Assembly: GCF_044704955.1 (NCBI RefSeq)
Contig: NC_091978.1
Coordinates: 113,150,001-113,214,000 of the forward strand
Length of the DNA stretch: 64,000 nucleotides
Direction: 5' to 3'
Origin: Pristiophorus japonicus
Taxonomy: Eukaryota
Part shown: positions 26,701 through 38,700 of the stretch, piece by piece
Layout of the letters: each line of letters starts with the position of its first letter
Numbering within the stretch: the stretch's first letter is position 1
Notes under the pieces: model-generated
Database searches by the model: none
Seen by the model: the letters and a program-made list of their open reading frames with translations, nothing else
Told to the model about the DNA's origin: nothing
Program-made: the position numbers and the translations under genes

Positions 26701-29700
26701 CTAGTTGGGTGCCACAGGGATCAGTGCTGGGGCCTCAACTATTTACAATCTATATTAATGACTTGGATGAAGGGACCGAGTATACTGTAGCCAAATTTGC
26801 TGATCATACAAAGGTAGGTGGGAAAGCAAGTTGTGAGGAGGATGCAAAGAATCTATAAAGGGATATAGATAGGCGAGTGAGTGGGCAAAAATTTGGCAGA
26901 TGGAGTATAATGTGGGAAAATGTGAGGTTATTCACTTTGGTAGGTAAAATAAAAAAGCTAATTATTATATAAATGGAGAGAGGTTACAAAATGCAGTGAT
27001 ACAGAGGGATCTGGGGGTCCTTATATATGAAACACAAAAAAGTTAGCATGCAGGTACAGCAAGTAATTAGGAAGACAAATGGAATGTTGGTCTTTATTGC
27101 AAGGGGGATAGAGTATAAAAGTAGGGAAGCCCTGCCATAACGTTGGTAAGACCATAGCGGGAGTACAGTAGACAGTTTTTCTCTCCTTATTTAAGGAAGG
27201 ATAGACTTGCATTGAAGGTAGTTCAGAGAAGATTCACGAGGTTGATTCCTGAGATGAAGGAGTTGTCATATGATAAAAGGTTGACCAGGTTGGGCCTATA
27301 CTTATTGGAGTTTAGAAGAATGAGAGGTGATCTTATTGAAATGTATAAGATTCTGAGGGGGCTTGACAGGGTAGATGCAGAGAGGATGTTTCCCCTAGTG
27401 GGTGAATCTAGAACTAGGGGGCATAGTTTCAGAATAAGGGGTTGCCCATTTAAAACGGAAATGAGGAGGAATTTCTTCTCTCAGAGGGTGGTGAATCTTT
27501 GGCATTCTCTCCCTCAAAAAGCTGTGGAAGTTGGGTCATTGAATGTATTTAAGGTGGAGATAGACAGATTTTTGAACGATAAGGGAGTCAGGGGTTATGG
27601 GGAGCGAGCAGGAAAGTGGAGTTGAGAGCAGGATCAGATCAGTCATGATCTTATTGAATGGCAGAGCAGGCTCGAGGGACATTTCAGCCCAGTTAACCCT
27701 GCAGATTCATCCTCACAAACATCTGAGGGCTGATCTCCAAGTTGCAAGAGCTCTCCCAAAGATTAGTCAAACAATAGCCTGACATAGTCGTATTTGAAGA
27801 ATATATCTATTAGCCAACAATGCAGACTGCCCCATAAACATCCCAGGGTATGCCCTGCAACAATTGCAGGATTAACCCACCAGGTAGGTGCATGGTAGTA
27901 TGCAATCAGGTGGGTTTAGCCCAGGGAGTCTTCAACGTTGATATGGATTCCTTCACGTCTCATGGTTTCAGGTCAAACAAGATCAAGGAAACTTCCTGCT
28001 GATCATTACTTACAACCTGCCCCTCGCATCCCCCTCAGCTAATGAATAAGTTCTCCTCACTGTTGAACATCATTTGGAGGAAGCTCTGAGGGAAGCAAGG
28101 GTATAGAATATACTCTGGTTGGCAGACTTCAATATCAATCACCAAGAGTAGGTCAGTAGTACCACCACTGACTGAGCTGGCCAAGCCCTGAAGAACATAG
28201 ATGCCTGACCGGGTCAGCTGCAGGTAGTGAGGGAATCAACAAAAAGAAGTAGCATATTTGACATCATACTCACCAACCTACCTGTTGGGGATTTGTGTGT
28301 CCACAACAGCTTTGGTAAAAGTGACCACCGCACAGACCTTGTGAAGACAAAGTCTAGTCTACAGGATTCACTGTAGCAACTCAGCAAGGTTACTTCAACA
28401 ACACTTCCCTCCCCTGCAACATGAGAAGTACAAGAGTAACAACGTCATGGGAACACCAGCCCCTCTAAGTTTTCCACCAAGTCACATACCTTCCTGATGT
28501 GGATATATATCATAAATCCTTCAATGTTGCTGGGTCAATATCCTGAAATGCCCCACCTAACTCCATTGTGGGAGCAACATCACAAGGACTAAAGCAGTTC
28601 AAGAAGAAAGCCCACAACCACCTTACAGGGCAACTAGGAATGGGATATAATTGTCGCCTTGTCAATGCTGCCCATAATCTGAGAACAATTTTTTAAATTT
28701 GCACAGGAATAAGGGCCAAAATCATGTCAGCCTTCAGTCACCATGTTTTGTAGTTGCTGCTTATGATTAATTTGGATGACTGAGTCTAATCCATTGGTAT
28801 GTGGACATAAAGGTAGATATTTTAGCTTTCCTCATGCAGTTACTGTACTTGCTTTAATTCAATTAGTGCTTCACTATCATTTAAGTATTGATAGTCACAA
28901 TGTGTTTTCATTTCTTTTTTCAGGTCACGAAGCATTGCAAATGTAAGTGTTTCATTGATATTTGAGCCAACAAAACTGTCCATTTTGAACAAAACTTGTC
29001 TGGTTAATGGAAAGAGTCAAATTTGTGGCCAGATTAAAATATGCTTCCAAGCTACAATCAAACCTGAAAAACCTGGATCTTCAATCAGTAAGGATTATTA
29101 CATGTTATCAACTATTTTATTTTATTTTATTTAGATATGGTGCGATACACAGTGTCAAAATCAGTTATGTCATTTTATATTACCAAGATTTACATTGACT
29201 GACAAAATCAGTATGGCTCTGAAATTACATTGGGGTTATCCTGTCTCCCAGCATACCTCCAGCCAGGTTTCCATTATTTTTTGGTGAGGTTCCACCAGTC
29301 TCCTGCCAGAGTTATGACAAGGACTGGGACAACCCCAGTAGAATTTCAGGGCCCATACATTTATAGATTTGATTTTATTCTTATTATTTACACTTTCTAG
29401 TTCAGTAAGAAATCACAACCTACCTGGGTTTACAGATAATGGGGTGGTTCCAACCACTAAATCAAGCTCCAAAATAGGAATTAGGCCCGGTTGTTAAAAT
29501 GGCTCAGACCTCACATGGTGCCATCATGGGCAATTCCCATTCACCCCAGGCTTCGCACACTGCATTCTTGCCCCAAATTAAAATTGACTATAAAGGGTTT
29601 ATATGATTGTGACTTACACCAGTCAAAAGTGAACGGACTGGACAAAGTCAGATACAGTATCACAAGGATTCCAACACAAACTCTTCGATGGTGGTACAGA

Positions 29701-32700
29701 GATAAACCCAATCCAATGTGGAGAAGAGGGATACTTGGTAAATGCCTTGTGTTATATATGTAAACTTGTATTTACTCTGTACAGCCACCAGAGGGCTCAT
29801 CCCCTGGATCCCATAATCCCTTAGGAGCACAGGTATTTAAGGAGGCTTTAAAGGTTGGAGAGGCACTTTGGAGACCTGCAATAAAAGACTACGGTCACAC
29901 TTTACTTTGAGCTCACAGTGTTCAGAATGACTCTTTCTCCACACACAACTGACTTTTTCGTACTGGGCATTGGCCACGAAACCATACTTCACAAACTTTT
30001 GACTGTAGAGACCCCAACCTTGCGTAAGGCCATAGCGATAGCCCAAGCGTTCATTGCCACCAGTGACAAGATGAAGCAAATCTCTGAGCACACAAGTGCT
30101 GCTGCAAGTACAGTGAACAAAGTGATGTTGTTTTTGAATCGTAACATACAAGGCAGGTCACGCATACCTGTAGCTACATGTCCGCAGATGTCTCAGAGTC
30201 CGCCATCAAGGGTGATGAATGCAAGGCCATTAACACCTTGTTGGCGCCGCGGGGGTGATCACCATTTCCATTCATGTCGATTCAAAGAGTACGTTTGCAA
30301 GGGCTGTGGAACAATGGGAAACCTCCAACTAGTGTGCAGGTGAACTGCAAAGCCTGTTAAACCTGCAAACCACCATTTTGCAGAGGAGGACAGATCCACA
30401 AAGATTCACAACGAACCAGAGCCTCAGATCAAGGAGGCAAAGGTACATGGGGTGCACACATTCACCACGAATTGTCCCCCAATAATGCTGAATGTTGAAC
30501 TAAATGGGTTCTCAGAGTCAATGGAGCTGGACATGGGTGTGAACCAGTCCATCATGGGCAAAAAGACTTTCGAAAGGTTGTGGTGCAACAAGGCCTCAAG
30601 GCCAGTCTTAACTCCAGTTCACACAAAACTAAGAACTTATACGAAAGAACTGATTCCTGTAATCGGCAGTGCTACCGTATAGGTCTCCAACAATGGAGCG
30701 GTACATAAGCTACCACTCTGGGTGGTACCAGGCGATGGTCCCACGCTGCTCAGCAGGAGCTGGCTGCGAAAGATACACTGGAATTGGGATGATGTCCGAG
30801 CGATATCGCCCGCTGACGACACTTCGTGTGCCCAGGACTTATACAAATTTACTTCGCTGTTCGAACCAGGCATCGGGAAATTCAAAGGAGCAAAAGTGCA
30901 GATCCACCTAATTCCGGGGGCGCGACCCATCCATCACAAGGCGAGAGCAGAACCGTACATGATGAGAGAAAGGGTAGAGATTGAACTAGACCAGCTGCAA
31001 AGAGAGGGCATCATTTCCCCGATCGAGTTCAACGAGTGGGCCAGTCTTATCATCCCAGTCCTCAAGGGAGATGGCACCGGCAGAATCTGTGGCGATTACA
31101 AAGTAACTATCAATCATTTCTCCCTGCAGGACTAATACCCACTACCAAAGGCCGACGACCTCTTTGCAACACTGGCAGGAGGAAAGACGTTCATGAAGCT
31201 GGATCTGACTTCAGTCTACATGACACAGGAACTGGAGAAATCATCGAAGGCCCTCACCTGCATCAACACGCATAAAGGTCTTTTTGTTTATAACAGATGC
31301 CCGTTTGGAATCCAATTGACAGCGGCAATATTCCAGAGAAACATGGAAAGCTTACTGAAGTCGGTCCCGCACACTGTGGTTTTGCAGGACGTCATCTTGG
31401 TCACAGGTCGGAACACAGTCGAGCATCTGCAGAACCTGGAGGAGGTTCTTAGTCGACTCAACCACGTTAAACTCAACTCAGGTTAAAACGCTAGAAGTGC
31501 GTTTTTCTGGGCACCTGAAGTGGAGTTCCTGGGAAGGAGGATTGCGGCAGATGGCATCAGGCCCACCAACGCGAAGACGGAGGCAATCGAGAATGCACCG
31601 AGGCCACAGAACGTGATGGAGCTGCGGTCGTTTCTGGGACTCCTGAACTACTTTGGTAACTTCTTACGAGGTCTCAGCACACTGTTAGAACCACTGCATG
31701 TCTTACTATGAAAAGGGGATGAATGGGTTTGGGGCAAAAGCCAAGAAAATGCCTTTGTAAAAGCGAGATAAAAGTTATGCTCAAACAAATTGCTTATGTT
31801 GTATGATCCATGTAAGCATTTGGTACTAGCATGTGATGCGTCGTCATATGACGTCGTGTGTGTATTGCAACAAGCTAATGATTTCGGAAAACTGCAACCA
31901 GTTGCTTATGCATCCCGCAGTCTGTCTAAGGCTGAGAGAGCCTACAGCATGATTGAAAAAGAAGCGTTAGCGTGTATCTATGGGGTAAATAAAATGCATC
32001 AATACCTGTTTGGGCTAAAATTCGAATTGGAAACTGACCATAAGCCATTTACATCCCTGTTCTCCAAGAGTAAAGGGATAAATATCAATGCATCGGCCCG
32101 CGTCCAGAGATGGGCACTCACGTTATCTGCATACAACTGCGCCATCCGCCACAGTCCAGACACAGAAAACTGCGCCGATGCTCTCAGTATGCTGCCATTG
32201 CCCACCATAGGGGTGGAAATGGCGCAGCCCACAGATCTACCATGGTTATGGAAGCATTTGAGAGTGAGCAATCACCCGTCACTGCCCGGCAGATCAAAAT
32301 CTGAACAAGCCAGGACCCCTTACTATCTCTAATCAAAAGCTGTGTGCTTCATGGGAGCTGGTCCAGTGTCCCAGTGGAAAAGCAGGAAGAGATAAAGCCA
32401 TTCCAGCGGCGCATAGATGAAATGTCTATATAAAAGGCAGACTGCCTTCTGTGGGGCAATTGAGTAGTGGTCCTCAAGAAGGGCAGACACACTTTCATAA
32501 ATGACTTCCACAGTACCCACTCAGGCATCGTAATGATGAAAGTGATAGCCAGATCCCACGTGTGGTGGCCCGGTATCGATGCGAACTTAGAGTCCTGCGT
32601 TCACAGATGTAATACATGCTCACAGTTAAGCAATGTACCCAGGGAGGCGCCGCTAAGTTTATGGTCTTCACCCTCCAAACCGTGGTCTCGGGTACACATC

Positions 32701-35700
32701 GGCTATGCAGGTCCGTTCTTGAGTTAAATGTTCCTTGTGGTTGTAGACGCGCACTTCAAGTGGTTTGAATGTGAGATAATGTCAGCTAGCACGTCCGCTG
32801 CCACCTCTGAAAGCATGCGGGCCATGTTTGCCACACAAGACCTACCCGATGTCCTGATGAGCGACAATGGGCCATGTTTTACCAGTGCTGAGTTCAAAGA
32901 ATTCATGACCCGTAACGGGATCAAACATGTCACATCTGCCCCGTTTAAACCAGCGTCCAATGGTCAGGCAGAGAGAACTGTGCAAACCATCAAGCAAAGC
33001 TTGAAGAGAGTAACTGAAGGCTCACTGCAGACTCGCCTATCCCACTCACTCACTGGGATCCCACTTGCTGAACTGCTCATGAAAAGAGCACTTAAGACAA
33101 GGCTCTCGTTAGTTCACCCTGATCTGCATGAACAGGTAGAGAGCAGGTGGCTTCAACAAAGTGCATACTATGATAGCGCAAATGTGTCACGCGAGATTGA
33201 AATCAATGATCCTGCATTTGTATTAAATTATGGACAAGGTCCCAAGTGGTTTCCCAGCACTGTCGTGGCCAAAGAGGGGAGCAGGATGTTTCGGGTCAAA
33301 CTTTCAAATGGACTCATTCACCAGAAACACTTGGATCAAATCAAATTCAGAATCACGGACTATCCTGAGCAACCCACCTTAGACCCTACCTTTTTTGATC
33401 CCTCAACATACACACCAGTGGCAACCGGCACCACGGTTGACCACGAAGCAGAACCCATCATCCACAGCACCCCTGCAGGGCCCAACACACCAGGTAGCCC
33501 AGCAAGGCCAGCTGCACAACAGCCCAGCGAGGGCCCAACAAATGATTCAACAACACCAGCTTTCACACTGAGACAATCAACCAGGGCAAGAAGGTCCCCA
33601 CATCGACTCACATTATAAATAGTTACACTATTGACTTTGTGGGGGGAGTGTTGTTATGTATGTATACTTGTATTTACTCTGTACAGTCACCAGAGGGCTC
33701 ATTCCCTGGAGTCCCAAGGCATCCCATAATCCCTTGGGAGCACAGGTATTTAAAGAGTCTTCACAGGTTGGAGAGACACTCTGGAGACCTGCAATAAAAG
33801 ACTAAGGTCACACTTTACTTTGAGCTCACGGTGTTCAGTCTGACTCTTTCTCCATACACAACACCTTGGTTTGAAAAAAGCAACATTATACTGAGCTATG
33901 TAATGTTTTGCTCCTAGATAATGTTCTAGATTCAGATCCCAGTTGAAATGGACACTCAAACTTGAATCATCATGGATGCATTGAGTCTGCAAGTGTTTAC
34001 CAGTAATGTTAAACAGATCTGATAAGCATCCTATCCAAGGACAGAAGAACAATTATGACTTTCTCCATCATTAAATTGACTGTTCTCTTGACCAAAGCAG
34101 CAAGAGTTAGAGCTTGCCAAACCACATTTCACATTTATTTTTAATTTCTTGGTAACAGAACACAGTTATACTAAGTAATCATATTTATTCTTTTTCATTC
34201 ACTTATGGTTACAAAGATGGATGGAAAAGCAAATTACGAGAAAGACACAAAAAATCTGCAAAGGGATATAGGCAAGCTAAGTGAATGGGCAAAAATTTGG
34301 CAGATGGAGTATAATGTGGGAAAATGTGAGGTTATCCACTTTGGCAGAAAGAATAGAAAAGCAAATTATAATGTAAATGGAGAAAAATTGCAAAGTGCTA
34401 CAGTACAGAGGGACCTGGGGGTCCTTGTGCATGAAACACAAAAGGTTAGCATGCAGGTACAGCAAGTAATCAGGAAGGCAAATGGAATGTTGGCCTTTAT
34501 TGCGAGGGCGATAGAATATAAAAGCAGAGAAGTCCTGCTACAACTGTACAGGTATTGATGAGGCCACACCTAGAGTACTGCGTACAGTTTTGGTCTCCAT
34601 ATTTAAGAAAGGATATACTTGCATTGGAGGCTGTTCGGAGAATTGATTCTGGAGATGATGGTGTTGACTTATGAAGATAGGTTGAGTAGGTTGGGCCTAT
34701 ACTTATTGGAGTTCAGAAGAATGAGAGGGGATCTTATTGAAACATGTAAGATAATGAGGGTGCTCGACAAGGCGGATGCAGAGAGGATATTTCCACTCCT
34801 AGGGGACATAGTCTCAGAATAAGGGACTGCCCGTTTAAAACTGAGATGAGGAGGAATTTGTTCTCTCAGAGGGTTGTAAATCTGTGGAATTCTCTGCCCC
34901 AGAGAGCTGTGGAGGCTGGCTCATTAAATATATTTAAGGCGGAGATAGACGGATTTTTGAGCAATAAGGGAATAAAGGGTTATATGGAGCGGTCAGGGAA
35001 GTGGAGTTGAATCCATGATCAGATCAGCCATGATCTTATTAAATGGCGGAACAGAATCGAGAGGCCAAATAGCCTACTCCTGCTCTTATTTCTTATGTAC
35101 TTATGTTCTTAAAATGAATTCATTAGTCAGCTATATGTGGTATCAATTCCTAATAAGCTACACTATTCTATTATTCATGCGAGCAGTTCCTTCATTTGAT
35201 TACAGTTTTAGATTATAAGATACAACAACAACTTGTATTTATATAGCGCCTTTAATGTAGTAAAATGGTCCAAGGCACTTCACAGGTGAGTTTTAAGACA
35301 AAAATTTGACACCGAGTCACATAAGAAGAAATTATAGCAGAAGCGATAGGTTTTAAGGAGTGTCTTAAAGGAGGAAAGAGAGGTAGAGAAGCGGAGAGGT
35401 TTAGGGAGGGAGTTCCAGAGTTTAGGGCCTAGGCACGACCACCGATCAGCGATTATAATCAGGGATGCTCAAGGGCACAGAATTTGAGGAGCGCAAATAT
35501 CATGAGAGGTTGTGGGGCTGGGGGAGATTACTGAGATAGGGTGGGGCGAGGCCATGAAGTGATTTGAAAACAAGGATGAGAATTTTGAAATCGAGGCGTT
35601 GCTTAACCGGGAGCCAATGTAGGTCAGCGAGCACAGGGGTGATGGGTGAATGGAACTTGGTGCGAGTTAGAACATGGGCTGCCAAGTTTTGGATGACCTC

Positions 35701-38700
35701 GAGTTTACGTAGATGTCATAAAATAGGTGAAAGATCGCAAAGATTTTGGAGACGGGAAATGTCTTATTAAACTAATCCTTTTCAAATTCTGCCAGATATT
35801 AGGTACAGTGCAACATTGGATGCAGATCTCAAGTCATCTCGTGTTAGTTCACGAGGATTGTTTCAAGCAAACCAGGACCGTGAAATACAAAAGGATATTG
35901 CCATTGATAACACGCTAAAATGCAATCAACTTGACTTTTATGTCCAAGTAAGTATGATGCTAAATTATTTGTTATAAATGGCAGAACATTTCACACTCTG
36001 TTGATTGCTATAACTGGTTTGATAGCTTATACGAAGGCAAAATATGGTTTCAAGTGCACAGTTGCATTGTAAAACAGCCTTATAGCAAGCCTATATTTTT
36101 GATAACAACTGCAATTCCTTTTGCATTAGGCATGTTTATTTCTACAATTTCATTGTATATTCCATATAATTCTAGATGTTGTGTTCCAATTATGGTTATA
36201 ATTCTCTCCTGACTAGGACACAGGAGATATTGTTAACCCAATTGGTCTACGTTTAGACTTTGGTCCACAAAATATCAACGCTGGTCCTACTCTTGATACC
36301 TACACAGCAAGGTCCAGGGAGTATTTTGTAAGTAAAGGAGATACCACAGATTGGTTTTATTAAATACTAAATTGTTTATGTAAATAATTTAATATTCCAT
36401 TCAAACTGTTTATGTAGATTCCCTTCTTCAAAGACTGTGGTGAAGATGAAGAATGCATAACAGATCTTGCAATTAAAGTTAATCCAATTATTCCAAGCAA
36501 CAGGTGAGAAAACGTAACCATCTTTATTTAATTCATTCCGCTTCGTTTGTAAGAGCATTTATTGAGAATTAAAGTTCCCAATTTTGATTTAATAGGATCA
36601 ATATGTTCTTTCCCATTGATAGTGTTGAGGTTCCCTTATGTTTCCAAATTCATCAGGGCTGAGCACTCTAAACTTTGCAGGGATGATTTTGCTTTGGATG
36701 CTAGTCTGGCACAACGTACCCAAAGGGCACCAAGCCCGTTCAGACTTGAATCTTTCTGCATTTGGAGATTCACAACATTTGCATGGCCCAGATGTTCCTA
36801 TGGTGCAGGCCCATCTCCTGGCTGACCTCGTACCTGGAATCACTGTTGTCCTTCAACAATGACATGGTCAAGGTTTTCTGGCTGCTTTCCAAAAAAAGCA
36901 GTAGGTCCCCAGCGCTGATCCCTGACCTGGTGTCCTAATGGGGTGAAAAAATAGATTTTTACTTCTGAGACCTATTTTAATTTTGCCTGACCCACTCAGA
37001 TATTCAATCAGTTCCTTCTGGGCACCCATCAAACTAAGCACTGGCTGGTGACCAAATAGGAAAAAGATGTGGCAATGTCCCCTTTTACCTCTCAAATTAC
37101 TGCTCTTATCCTTCTAGAGGCACAGGAATTCCCAGAAAACCTGAAGCCAAGTAGATGGGACAGATACATGGGTCCATGCCCTTATTTGCTATGCGTTGCA
37201 CCAGTAAATGTGTTCCTCTGGCACTAGAAGTTATCCCTTGTATGTTAGGGATGCTAATTTCTCACTCACCAATATCAAGTGAATGTTAACTTCATTTTAA
37301 TTACACCATGAGGAATTTTTGGGACATGCATGTTAGTGGATGATTCCCTACTATTCTTTGCTTTACTTTGTTTTTAAATGTGAAAACAATAATCTGTTAG
37401 GATGGCTGGCTCTTATCTTTCTGAAGATGGTAAACTTTGTTTCCTTTTTTAAAAAATACAATGGATCTATAGCAGTTTTTCATTAGGTTGTAATATCGTT
37501 GGTCTTAACATTCTTTGAAAAATATTAAATTGCTCTTTAACATTAATTTTCTGATACTCACTAACATTAGACTCTAAAAATGTTCATAAAATAGCTTTCC
37601 TTTAAAACTACTGTAAAGATCTGGATCTGGATTTGTGCCTCAAAATTCCATTCAATATGAAAATTATCGTACACTTGAAACGAATAGTGATTGCCACAAA
37701 TGTAAAATCTAATTGCTTCAAAATTGATCGGGTATAGTAGCTTTGTGGATATGATACTGGGTTAACAATCCAGAGGATGTGAGTTTAAATCCCACCACGA
37801 GATTTAATTGTGAAATTGAATTCAATAAATTTGGTAATTTGTGGGCTAGTGCCAGAAAAATTACTCGTAAAGCTATTGGATTGTTGTAAAAAGCTGCAGA
37901 TTCATGAATGTCCTTCAGGGAAAGGATTTGCCAAACCCCTATCTAATCTGGCCTACATGTGAGTGCTGTCCCAACAATGCAATTTCTTAATGTGTTCAAG
38001 GCAATTAGGGATGAGTATTAATAAGAACATAAGAAATAGGAGCAGGAGTAGGCCATTTGGCCCCTCGAGCCTGCTCCGCCATTCAATAAGCTCATGACTG
38101 ATCTGATCATGGACTCAGCTCCACTTCCCTGCCCGCTCTCCATAACCCTTTACTCCCTTATCGCTCACAAATCTGACTATCTCTGCCTTAAATATATTCA
38201 ATGACCCAGCCTCCACAGCTCTCTGGGGCAGAGAATTCCATAAATTTACAACCCTCTGAGAGAAGAAATTTCTCCTCATCTCAGCTTTAAATGGTGGCCC
38301 TGTTTCTTAAGCTATGCCCTCTAGTTCTTGATTCCCCCACAAGTGGAAACATCCTCTATGTATCCACCTTGTCGAGCCCCCTCATTATCTTATGTTCCAA
38401 TAAGATCACCTCTCATTCTTCTGAACTCCAATGTGTATCGGCCCAACCTACTCAACCTATCCTCATAAGTCAACCCCATCATCTCTGGAATCAGCCTAGT
38501 GAAACTTCTCTGAACAGTCTCCAATGCAAGTATATCTCTGGACAACATGGACCACTTTCCATACTTCGGGAGCCTATTATCAGCAAGGGCAGACATTGAC
38601 AACGAGGTTCAACACCGCCTCCAGTGCACCAGTGCAACCTTCGGCCACCTGAGGAAGAGATTGTTGAAGATCAGGCCCTCAAATCTGCCACCAAGCTCAT

